Shown one piece after another: positions 36,192 to 47,460 of a DNA stretch of 64,000 nucleotides. A model generated the notes under the pieces. The model was not told the origin of the DNA. It saw only the letters and a program-made list of their open reading frames with translations, and made no database searches. Origin of the DNA: Azolla caroliniana (lineage: Eukaryota; Plantae; Polypodiophyta). Positions within the stretch are counted from its first letter, which is position 1. Each line of letters begins with the position of its first letter. Both the position numbers and the translations under genes were made by a program. Location: NCBI GenBank assembly GCA_043228905.1, contig JBHGNT010000014.1, positions 11,594,001-11,658,000 of the forward strand, in the 5' to 3' direction.

Positions 36192-37070
36192 CCGTAATGG
36201 GAAGGTTTGTGTTCCAAATTTGCCTGAGGTCAAAAAGAGAATTCTTTTTTAATGCCATGATGCACCCTCAACAGGGCACACTCGTTCTCATCTCCACTCA
36301 ATTCTATTGGCCAAAGATGCATCCTGACATACATAACTATGTGACTAAATGCCACCAATGTCAAGTTAACAAAGTAGAGCGAGTTAAAGCCACCGGACTT
36401 TTACATCGCTTGGACATTCCCAATAATAAGTTGGAAAGTATATATCCATGGATTTTATTGGTTAGCCTTCATCGCACCCAAAAAGGCCATGATGCCATAA
36501 TGGTTGTGGTTCATCGAGTAACTAAAATGGCTAGATTTATTCCTACTAAAACCAAGGTAACAGCTCCTGAATTGGCTTACCAATTTGTTGATGAGTTATT
36601 TCATGGGTTACCAATGGATATCGTGAGTTATCGAGATCCAAAGTTTACTAGCGACTTTTGGATCCAAGTCTTTAAGAAGTTAGAAACTACGTTGAGCATG
36701 AGCTCCACGAATCATCCTCAGTCCGATGGACAAAGAGAACGAGTAAACCAAATTATTGAGGACATGCTCCAGCATACGTTGGTGGAAAACCAACAAAATG
36801 GGAACGTTATCTCCATATTTGGAGTTTGCTTGTAACAGCTCCAAGCATACATCGACGGGATATAGTCCTTTTATGTTGATGTATGGTGTTTAGCCATGAG
36901 CCCCAATTGATGTTAATATACATCATGATGAGTTGCGAAGTACGCAAAACTTTCTTTGGGATATGCAAGATATGTTGCATATTGCACGAGATAATATAAA
37001 AACTGCTCAAGATAGAGTGTGTTTTATGCCGGTCATAATAGGCAACCTCGTGTATTCAACCCTAGACAAA

Positions 37071-38110
37071 TCTCTTTTTATTTCGTTTTCTTTTTCTTGA
37101 AAGATTTTCTTCAATAGTATTAAAAACATCGAAAAAGTACAAGTAAAAGTTATCTGCCCGTAGGCTTACAACATAATGTATGTACACCTAAACTTGTACA
37201 TACAAAAACAACTTATGTAGGGATGTTGAACCTTAATACGGTACATTAGCATGTTGGTTTTATATCAAGAAAGGGTCCTAGAAGATGATAGTGCCATTGA
37301 GGTCTTTGACTTGTCACTACAAAGAGAGGCACCTTCCTCCAGAAGTGAAGAAGCTTCATCCTTCTTTTATGAATATTTTCTAGAGAACCATACATGTTAT
37401 CACATTGCCCACGAACTACTGTCAACAATGTTTCCCATATCTCAAGCAATACCTCTAGAAGACCAAGCTTTGCTGCATCGTAAAGTCGACTGCACCTACA
37501 TTTCCATAATACCCATAATGTTATCGTAGTCACAGTTTTCCAGATCGCACCTACTTTCGAGGTTGTTGAAACGGACTAACCGATATCAATCTTCTGTTAT
37601 GTACCATCATGGCCTCTTGTATATCATCTACCTCATACAACATCAAGCCAGAGTGTAAAATTCCCCACACCACTACTCCCCATGAGAACAAGCAACCAAC
37701 ATTGATTGTTAGGAATAAAGAAAGAACTTTATTCCATACTTGTTGAGCCAAGGGACAAGACTAGAGGGCATGCTTAGTAGTCTCCGGAATTGCATAGCAA
37801 AATCCACATTGCCTAAGATTATGTGCTACATTCCCTTTTAACGTCTGGCCAGCTGGTAATGTTGCATGCACTAATAGCCATCTAAAAAGAATAAATTTAG
37901 AGGGCCCCTTGAAAGACCAGATCCATCTCCAATATGTTTTCAACTGCAACGTTGAAACACCCTAGTTAGTCCAATGTTTTTGTGTTGTTGGCGCCATTAC
38001 ATTCATAGACCTTAGTAATGACCTTCCTAGCTTTACTGAATACTGAAAGAAGGGAACCTTTATGATCTGTTCCCCCAAGGAATACTTCATATATATCTCT
38101 CAATTTACTA
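37071..38110 (-). mobile_element. 5'-truncated, decayed L1-like LINE 3' end (zf-RVT region); boundaries approximate
   Basis: WIWSFKGPSKFILFRWLLVH...CGFC...ETTKHAL..CP.AQQVW...TLWVLWKCRC. Confidence 0.7.
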
Positions 38111-39550
38111 GATGCCACCACTTAGGTGTCTCTCTAATTTTAAAGTTCCAAAAATAAAGTGTTTGACCTTTCATGTTGATTTGCAATTATTTTATAAATT
38201 TAAATGTATAGACATATATTATATGTGCACTAATGTTTCAATTTTACGCTCCCGAGATCCTACTTCCATTCCTACCTCAAATATCTTGCTATTATGTTGA
38301 TGCAAACAAAGAAATGATGAAACATGGGAAGGAGTTACTCTTGTGTGTGGACGCACAACATATGTTTGTTGCTATAAATTATTTACCAGTAATAATCTTA
38401 TTTCTATGTTCTCGTTCACAAAGGAATGAACTATCCAATCAAGTCTTTGTCCACTTTCATGTATGGTATATTAAAACTTCCTAGGCAAAATTTTGTGAAT
38501 CCATGGAGATACTTTTTTGGGTGCATCTTGTATTTTGTCAATAAGTTATTTACTAGGTGAATTATTTTCTATTCAGGTGACTGATCTCTCAAGTGTTTGG
38601 CCTAACCTTGAGTGTATTGGAGTAGACGTCTTACTCGACCAACAAACAACACATTTCTGTGGTCATCACTAACTATGTCACTAATGGCATTGCACAACTA
38701 CAATATGTAAGAGACAGAGTTTGCAGCGCCCATAGTGATGTGTTTTTACATCACAAAAGCCCTATGTTGTAGTAGTGCAACATCTCCCACGCAAGCAATA
38801 GGAAGACAACTTAGAGATGACCTTTCGCCACCTTTCATGGAGATAACATACCAATTCTTCGCACATGTATCATGGGTGCAATTCAATTCATAATTGCACC
38901 AACATGAACCCACCTCTCTCTATATCTATCAATCTATATATATTTCTCCCCCATCCACCTTCATATATGCCTTGGAGGGATCATCTAAATTTGACATCAC
39001 ATTTGCAATAACAACCATTAGCATATTCGTGACAAAAGGATTCATCTATCTTATGATGAACATATCTTGAAAGAGTTGAAACAACTCCATATGAATGGAT
39101 CAAAGCCTTGAAAAAACACACACTATCAACAAACCTAGAATCAAAAACTGGAAATGAATATACTAGAAGCATGTTCTAAGCCATGGTCAATCGAGACAAG
39201 GACCAATGCCTTAAACATGTACGAAGAAGTCGTTGTCGAATTGTCAAATTGTGACCACAGTGTATGCAAGGATTACCAAAACCAATGTCTGGCAATGTTC
39301 TTGAGATCATAGGTGGAGCCTGGAGGAATATATCATGGATATCAAGGCCTTTGATGCCCATGATCGTTTCAACGATGAAAGTGGAGTAAAACCTATATGT
39401 GCCTTATGTTCGATCCTAGACAATGGGGGGGGCGTAGAACGGAACATGTGTCATGCTCCAAGATGAGTGAGTGAGTGTGCAATGTGTGGACAAGGTGACG
39501 TCAATGGGGCAAAGCACAAGAAGTAGGAGATGTATGAAATAAATATGTAC

Positions 39551-39558
39551 TATAAATA
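39551..39558 (+). promoter_or_regulatory. Candidate TATA box of the AAA-ATPase gene (a TGACGTCA element lies upstream at ~39496)
   Basis: tataaata about 200 bp upstream of the ATG. Confidence 0.4.
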
Positions 39559-39757
39559 CACTTGGAAGCGACTTTAGTGCTAACTAGCCTAAGCACTCTT
39601 AGCGTCGGGTGGTGCCTTTTATCTATTTCTATGCTATGTGTGTGTGAGTATTATAAATATATACATATATATTCACACACACATATATATATATATAGCT
39701 TTTTGCGCTTTTGCGTTTCTAGGCCAAATATAACATACATATATGTCTGTCTGCAGG

Positions 39758-41599
39758 ATGGAGGTCCTTCTTCCAAAAACAGAGATAGAGGTAGAGATTA
39801 GAGGGCAGAGGGAGAGAGAGAGAGAGAGCCATCCATCCATGGATGAGGTGTGGAAGACCCTGTGCTCCCTCATGGCGGCCATCGCCTTGGGCTTGAACCT
39901 CCTGCCCTGGCCCCTCCGCCAGAAGCTGGAGCAGCTCCTCCGCCGCCTATGGGACCACCTCTTCTCCACCTCCGACCCTTTCGCCTACGCCCACATTCCC
40001 GCCGCCGCTGGCTCCGCCCTCCAACGCCTGCACCTCACCTCCTTCCTCCACCACGACAGCTACCACCTCCACCTCCTCCACTCCCTCACCAATCCTCTCT
40101 ACGACGACGTCTCCCTCTACCTCTCCTCTCTCGACCTCCACCTCCGCTCCAAGCACCTCAACGTCTATGGCCTCCTCCTCCTACCTCCTCCTCCTCCTCC
40201 TCCTTCCTCTTCTGCTGCTGCTACTTCTAATCATGATAACAGCGCCGCCCCCGCCCCCAAGATCAGCCCCTTCCTTTTCGGGCTCCCCTCCGGCCACACC
40301 CTGGACGACACCTTCCAAGGTGCTCGCGTCTGGTGGACTCACACCTCCTCCACCACTGACGCCTCCAATACCTCGCTTGCTTCTGCATCGGCGCCTAGGG
40401 CTAGCAACCCTTGGCCTCCTCCTGCGTCCGCCTCTGATGATTCCTTCTCCTCCATTCATAACAATAATAATAATAATCCCGCCTTCGTCCTCACCATGCT
40501 CAACTCCGACAAGCCCCGCCTGCTGAAACCCTACCTCTCCCACATCTCCACCGTTGCGCAGTCCCTCCGGGACCGCAACAAGCTCCTCACTTACTACACC
40601 AACAGGGCCCATGGCGCCGCCTGGGCCCCCTTCCTCTTCAAGCACCCCTCCACCTTCCACACCATCGCCCTCGCAGACGACCTCGCCCAACGCATCCGCG
40701 CCGATCTGCTGGCCTTCTCTGAGTCTGAGGAATTCTATCACAGCATCGGCAGGCCGTGGAAGCGCGGCTACCTCCTCCACGGCCCCCCTGGCACCGGCAA
40801 ATCCAGCCTCATCGCCGCCATAGCCAACTTCATGCACTACGACGTCTACGACCTGGAGCTCACGAATGTGTACAGCAACACGGAGCTGAAGCAGCTCCTG
40901 ATGCAGACGAAGCGCAAGTCCATCGTGGTCATCGAGGACATAGACAGCGCGGCAGCGGCTGCGGCGGCCAGCGTTTCGAGCATATCTAGGGCAGGCGGCC
41001 ATAGCAGCACCAGGGATGGACATGGACATGGACATGGACATGCACATCATCTTCAGTACTCTGACGATGAAGATGGCGATGGAGATGGAGATGGAGATGG
41101 AGATGATACGCACAAGCACAAGCACAAGCACAGGATTGCGGATGAAGATGGGAAGCAGCAGCTTCTGACGCTGTCGGGTCTGCTGAACTTTGCAGACGGG
41201 CTCATGTCGAGCTTCGGGGAGGAGCGGATCTTCATATTCACGACCAACCACAGGGAGAGGCTGGACATGGCGCTGCTGCGCTGCGGGCGGATGGACATGC
41301 ACATCCTCCTCAGCTACTGCTCCTTCTCAGCGTTGAGGAAGCTGGCCTTCAACTACCTGCAGGGCCTGACGGAGCACCCTCTGTTGGCGGAGCTGGAGGT
41401 GGCTATGGCGGCGGCACAGCTCACGCCGGCGTCGGTGGCGGAGATACTGATCAGGAACAGGAAAGATCCAGACGAGGCTCTGCGCCAGGTTCTGGCGGCC
41501 GCTAAATGTAGCGTTAGCCGCTCCTGCAGAGAACAAGAAGACCCACGACAGACAAAAACGGGAAAAAAAAAACCCCCACCACCAATTTTAGTTAGTTAG
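39758..41599 (+). CDS. BCS1-like plant AAA-ATPase, intronless (alternative start at 39839)
   Basis: Motifs HPSTFHTIAL, WKRGYLLHGPPGTGKSS (Walker A), IVVIEDID (Walker B), TLSGLLNF and TTNH..LD.ALLR.GRMD. N-terminal hydrophobic segment. Confidence 0.9.
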   Translation: MEVLLPKTEIEVEIRGQRERERESHPSMDEVWKTLCSLMAAIALGLNLLPWPLRQKLEQLLRRLWDHLFSTSDPFAYAHIPAAAGSALQRLHLTSFLHHDSYHLHLLHSLTNPLYDDVSLYLSSLDLHLRSKHLNVYGLLLLPPPPPPPSSSAAATSNHDNSAAPAPKISPFLFGLPSGHTLDDTFQGARVWWTHTSSTTDASNTSLASASAPRASNPWPPPASASDDSFSSIHNNNNNNPAFVLTMLNSDKPRLLKPYLSHISTVAQSLRDRNKLLTYYTNRAHGAAWAPFLFKHPSTFHTIALADDLAQRIRADLLAFSESEEFYHSIGRPWKRGYLLHGPPGTGKSSLIAAIANFMHYDVYDLELTNVYSNTELKQLLMQTKRKSIVVIEDIDSAAAAAAASVSSISRAGGHSSTRDGHGHGHGHAHHLQYSDDEDGDGDGDGDGDDTHKHKHKHRIADEDGKQQLLTLSGLLNFADGLMSSFGEERIFIFTTNHRERLDMALLRCGRMDMHILLSYCSFSALRKLAFNYLQGLTEHPLLAELEVAMAAAQLTPASVAEILIRNRKDPDEALRQVLAAAKCSVSRSCREQEDPRQTKTGKKKPPPPILVS

Positions 41600-42635
41600 C
41601 GCCCCGCTAAAAACAGTAAAACTAACAAATAAAAACCCTTCCTCCAAAACGTCTTTCTTCCTTCCTTCCTTTCCTCTCTTCTTCCTCTCCTCTCTATTTT
41701 GTATCAAATTTGAAAAAAGCAAAAGCAATACGCATCACGGCATTATGTACCACAAAAATGTTTGGTTTGCCCCTAGTACTTTTATTGCCTACCCTCTCAT
41801 GTGAAGGAAGGTCTTTGTTTCGACAAGCAATTCCTCGCGCCACCCGTCGGTGCCTCTCTCAGAGGCTCATAAAATAATTATAGGCATTGTTGGCATGCAA
41901 TATTGGTTCATGACCGGTTGTTGTACACCATCATGCTTGTCCCATCCACTCACACAGCTTGTGTGACGATGGAACAGAGTTTCTAAGAAAAACGAATATG
42001 TGTGTTAATGCTCGCCCTTCTGATAATTAGATGGGAACTCGAGAGATACCTTGTTTGGAAATGATGTGATCGCTTTATATACACATTGGTGCTATGAAGC
42101 CAAAGTCCCCATCTCTCTTACTCGTTGATTGTCATTGATTCCTTGTTTTGAATGAAGTGAATACTTTAGATACACATTGGTGCTATGAGGTTATACTTCA
42201 CCTACCTAGTATTGATTCATTGTTTATTAGGTTTTGATTATTTATTAGTTGTATATAATAATCGACAATGGTTCGTTTTAAACCAAACCACAAAACTGCA
42301 ACTTAATGGTTTAACGGTTCGGTTCAACTTCAAGTTTTTTTAACAATTTATCTTTAGTTTGGGGGTCAACAATTCGATTTAAATGGTTTGGAACCGTGGT
42401 TTAATCGGTTTAAGGTTGCTTATTTGATTTGTAAACCATTTCATTTTCTTAAATAATTTTTAAACAACCATTTTATTTGTAAGCCTATTTACGACGTTTT
42501 AGGAAAAATATTTAAAATTTTGAAAATTAAAATAATTTTGAAATATTGAAAAGTTTTAAAGTTTTAAAATTGAAATTTTGAATTTTGACCTAACTGAAAA
42601 CCGAAACTGAATCAAGAAACAACAGTTTAACAGTT

Positions 42636-43305
42636 TGGATTTTTTGCAATGGTTTGTCGATTCTGACGCCTCCAACCACATGACGTCCCATGAAGAATGG
42701 TTCTATGAGTTGCGAATGCCCAATCGACCCGGCTATGTGGAGACTAGGGATGACACCACTCATCCAATTTGGCATGTCGACAATGTTCCATTTGGGAAAG
42801 AAGGTAATAGAACCTTCATCAAGAATGTCTTGCACGTTCCGACCGTAATAAAGAATTTGGTCTCGGTCAGCCAAATCGTGGAGCAATGCATGCAAATCTA
42901 GTTCAACCACGGAGGTTGCTACATCGAAAAGCAGGGCTGACTCATTGCTTGTGGATGAAAAGAGGGCCGAATGTTCATCCTTGATTCAAACAAGGTGAAA
43001 TCGGACATGTTTGCGAAGGGCCTCAAAGAGAAACGACCACATCAATCTCCAAAAACTCAAAGGGATATAGTCTAATGGTGTCGTAATCGAACTCCCGACC
43101 TTCAAAGAAAAGGAGATTGAAGGAGTATGTGAAGCATGCCAATTCGACAAACATTGACATCCATCTCCAAAGGAAAGAAATGTGAGCAAAGGTATCTTGT
43201 ATGTAATCCACTCCAATGGTTGGGAACCGGCACAAACAACAACATTCGGTGGATGCCGATACTACATAACCTTCATAAACAACTACTCCCGGGACACTAG
43301 GATCT
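42636..43305 (+). mobile_element. Isolated Copia family A-like protease/integrase fragment
   Basis: WFVDSDASNHMTSHEEWF, NVLHVPTVIKNLVSV and VCEACQF. No LTRs. Confidence 0.8.
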
Positions 43306-43609
43306 TTCCAATGCGCTAGAAGAACAACATACATACATACATACAAATTTACAACACATACATACATATGCACATATATAGAACATACATACTTGTATAT
43401 GCATGTGCCATACATACGATACATACAACACATGGAATACAATATGTAAATGCATATGCACATGTATAGAGCACGCGCGCGCACACACACACACACACAA
43501 AGAATATACATACAAATTTACAAAGAAGAAAGCAGGAGTGAGGGAGAGAGACAGAGAGAAAGCAAGAAGGAAAGGGGGAAGAGAGAGAGAGAGAGAGAGA
43601 GATGAGAGA

Positions 43610-44346
43610 ATGGCTCGTTATGACAGAGCGATCATCGTCTTCTCTCCTGATGGCCATCTCTTCCAAGTCAGGTACGCTCTGGAAGGTGTACGTAAAGTAA
43701 ACACTACTGTCGGAGTTCGCAGCACAGACACCATCGTCCTTGGCATGGAGAAGAAATCCACTGCGAAACTTCAAGATGCGAGTAGAGTCAGGAAGATTGT
43801 GAAATTGGATCAGCATATTGCCTTGGCATTTGCTGGTCTTACTGCAGATGCACGAGTCTTAGTGAATAGGGCACAGGTTGAATGCCAAAGTTATAGACTT
43901 ACTTACTGTCCAGGATCCTGTGACAGTTGAGTATATCACACGGTTTATTGCAGTGCTTCAGCAGAAGTACACATAAAGTGGCGGTGTAAGACCGTTTGGG
44001 ATTTCCAATTTGATTGTTGGGTTTGATCCATATATGGGGAAACCTTCCTAGTATCAAACTGATCCACCCGGAATCTTTTCTACATGGAAGGAATTCAAAT
44101 TATGTCCGTGAATTCTTGGAAAAGAATTACACCGAAACCTCTGGAATGGAAACTGTTAAACTTCCTATACGAGCTCTTCTTGAGATTGTTGAAAGCGGTG
44201 GTAAGCATATTGACATTGCCGTCATGATTAACGACCAAGGCTTGCGTTTGCTAGAGGAGTCTGAGGTGGAGGAAATTGTAGTTGGAATAGAAGCAGAGAA
44301 AGCTGTTGCTGAAGCTGCAAAGCAAGGACCCCCAAAGGACTCTTAA
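43610..44346 (+). pseudogene. PAD1: Intronless (probably processed) pseudogene of 20S proteasome alpha subunit PAD / alpha type-7
   Basis: [20 protein letters not shown]...[12 protein letters not shown]...ALLEIVESGGK. Frameshift at ~43903, premature TAA at ~43974, and a deletion around KANATG. Confidence 0.9.
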
Positions 44347-44588
44347 ATGAGTACATGGGTGGATGGATGTATGGTGATAAAAGAACTCACTCATGACTTG
44401 CAATATTTTCCGAACACCTATAAAGTCATTTTTTTAATCATACATTTGAGTGTGTTTACCATTACCCAATCACATGCTTTGTTGATCTGAATTGTAGCAC
44501 TTCTTAATTTTGAGTCTAGCAAAAAGCTTGATAGTAACTTTGTTGAGAGATAGATAGATAGATAGATAGATTATATTATCTAGGTCAA

Positions 44589-44589
<1 letters not shown>

Positions 44590-44643
<54 letters not shown>
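44590..44643. repeat. (GA)n microsatellite, preceded by (GATA)n at ~44548-44571
   Basis: Direct repeat runs. Confidence 0.9.
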
Positions 44644-44646
<3 letters not shown>

Positions 44647-44973
44647 CTTCGAAGTGGCCCTCCTCTAGCAAGCAAGGATGTGCAGGATGATCTACAAGAA
44701 GGCGGGTGTTTGATGCCATCTTGATCCAGACCACTTTCAAAGGGTTCTTGGTTTAATACCATATCAGTTTTTAACGATGATTTTCGCATGTGTGCATGTG
44801 TATGTATAGTATGCACGTGTGTATTTGTATATGCATGGTTGTGTTTGTATGCATGTATGAATGCATGCACACATGCATTTGCAGGATTCCCTCATGTTTT
44901 TTTCCATGTTAATATGTGTATTTGCTATTGTCATTTCACAAGCAAGAAGAGCTCTTTTGGTCTTGAGAAGTCT

Positions 44974-45099
44974 CATGGTGGTGGTGTGTTCTCTAGGAAG
45001 GACCCTACCAACGTATATCGGAGTGGAGCTTACATTGTGAAGCAAGCTGTGAAGAGTATTGTCGCATCAAGACTTGCCCGTCATTGCATTGTCTTGGTA
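44974..45099 (+). pseudogene. METK: Isolated fragment of S-adenosylmethionine synthetase
   Basis: [42 protein letters not shown] versus the conserved [42 protein letters not shown]. Confidence 0.85.
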
Positions 45100-45959
45100 T
45101 GTATTTGTCTTGTGACCTTTGTGGATGTTGTGCCGTGTTCTTCACTCATTGTGGCATATTTTCTACTTTTTCATGCAAATAAAGTCATGAGAAAAGAATG
45201 AACACTATTCTTCTTAGGAGCTTAGTAGAAACCATGTCTGATTGTGCATATTGGTCAAGGAATATATGAAAATAGCATTATGTATTCATTGTGTTTCCTT
45301 TTTATTGCTGAAATTAAAAGGAAATGATGAGAAATATTTTCTCTTTTGGAAACCCTAATCCCAATTATTTCCGACTTGGGATGATGGCTATCCACCTCAA
45401 CCTTCGTTGAAGCAGAAACAAACGTTACTAGAATATTGCTACATGTAGTCACTTTGGTCGCGATGACCTTGATTGCACATGGGAAATCGTTATCAAGGGA
45501 GGTTGAAGCATGCATTTCTTCCTATGATTGTCTTTTGTTCTATCAATATGGCTGGTCTTCATTCCCTTCATGACTTTCTGGATATGGAGGTTGACATTTA
45601 TTAGAAACATTTTGAAGCCAAGTGGGTGTTTATTTATCGGCATGAACATTACATAACTTCCAAATATATGGTTCTTATGCATTAATTCAAATTTGTATTA
45701 TATGAGAATCCTGAAGCTTTGGACTAAATTTGTATGTCCTAGTATTCTCTTCTTATACATGTAAGTCAAGGTAATTCGACTAAAACTTTATCAATGCTTT
45801 GGGTATATAATTCATGTTTCACTTTCAATGATACATTAAATGGGATTGCTTCTTAACTGTATACAATGCACTTGGTGCTTCCCAAAATGTGTTTGCTTTT
45901 AAACTCTTGTATGCTTAATATAGTTTTTCCCCCCCCCCCAAAAAAAACTCCTTCCATTA

Positions 45960-47460
45960 GTTATAAAATTTTACAAATGAGACGATTATGTACAAATCCC
46001 TGTAGGGACGCGATAGTTCCATCTTATGTGGATGCCCACTGACTCAAGAAAGGGAGAGGATGACCATTGTTGGATGAAGGCTATTCTTTGTCTTTCAACT
46101 CCATCGGAGCTGCCCTTAAGGCCATCATATTGGCTCTTCAAAGTGGCTACAATTTCACTCCATATCTCTTGCAGTAACCTTGTTAGATGTGCGGTTTAGT
46201 TAGAGAAGACTCGCCTACATCGTTGTTTCTATAGAATCCAAAGAGTTATTGGGCTAACCAATTCTAACACCTCTTGAGATTTGTCATTAAGAGGAGTGGA
46301 GTGGACATTGCCACTGGAGGAGAAATAGACCTCTTGTGCTTTTATCACCAAAGTCATCCCCTCCTGATGCTCGTATCTGCCAATTGCGGTCTGTGATGAT
46401 AGCTAACATATATTTCCCCACTTGATTGAGCCTTGCACCTGGCATAATTGCAACAAGCGGCCAACCCCTCGCCATATTCGATGGGACGTTGGGTAGTCCC
46501 ATAGAGCGTGTCGTATTGGTTCTACTGCATATGGGCACTCTACACAATTAGGAGAACTAAGGTTCTCACGTTGCCATGCTCCACTGGTAGGGACTTATGT
46601 ATTAATAGCCATTGGAACGTGGTAATTCGCCTCACGTGTTGTTTCCAGATTTTCTGCCAAAACTTGGTGATTATTGTGGGAGGAACTTGAAAGGTGTGAC
46701 AGACCTTCGCAGTAGTCGGCTCTCGGGCGGTTTGAGCAACTAGAATGTGGTGACCCAATCTAGTTGTGAATTGGAAGAAAGGGATGGGTTTGCTTCCTTG
46801 CCCCGCGTAGGGATCACACCATGTCCATTCCAAGGGGTCCCAATTGACCTTACGTAACCATGTGTTTTCATGAGTATATATGTGCCAATCGGGTTGTACT
46901 TTGATCGGATCAAGATCTACAATCCATTTATGACCAGTATACGCGAGTACTCGAATTACGTTATTCTGTGTTGGTGTCTCAATGTCTCACAATTCAGAGC
47001 CTTCGAGCTTGTCTGGTGGTCCCCTACCTCTCGGGATCAGAGATCCCTCCTCCTCGTGGCCTATCCATTTCTCCATTGTCGTCCTTTGAGTAGCAAATTC
47101 CCTAATCAGTAGAGTGTTAATGATTTCTGATCTCATAGTCAATCCGCCCCTGATTCCATGGAGTATGTTCGCTTGATCTTGCAGTGGCACTGACATAAAC
47201 CATCACCAACATTCTATACTTTTTCCTGGACCTTTTGCAATGTATCCCCATGACAACCCCTTACATGATCCCAGTAGTTGATTAGATTCATCCTTGATAC
47301 ATGGGTTCCATAAGATACGTTGATTGAGCCAGGCAGATTCGGATCTTGGTTGATCATACTTGAGCCCTCGACGAATGTCACACCATGCCTTCCACATGGA
47401 TGTTGTATGCTCAATATAGTAGTTAAAAAGAGAGCAATTTAAAGCCAATAATAGGTAGAT
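45960..47460 (-). mobile_element. Decayed L1-like LINE 3' fragment; boundaries approximate
   Basis: FWQKIWK...ITTFQWLLIHKSLPV...C..PIC, LWNP motif, and a downstream LWILWKQRC-like segment. Confidence 0.65.

Larger units (their letters stand above)
28401..37070 (+). mobile_element. Fragment of a Ty3-like (possibly chromovirus) Gypsy pol, RNase H plus integrase, split by the young Gypsy insertion
   Basis: Motifs PFQVETNASDYAIG, NIVVDALS, GLLYR|NGKVCVP (rejoined across TSD CCGT), FYWPKM..C..C and HPQSDGQRER. Confidence 0.8.

Noticed and set aside
40181-41302. 373-aa antisense ORF
   Set aside because: Shadow of the GC-rich AAA-ATPase codons, with no recognisable domain.
43023-43609. ORFs rich in C/V/M/Y or E/R (also 44580-44900, 48476-48878, 62684-62982)
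   Set aside because: Translations of dinucleotide microsatellites.
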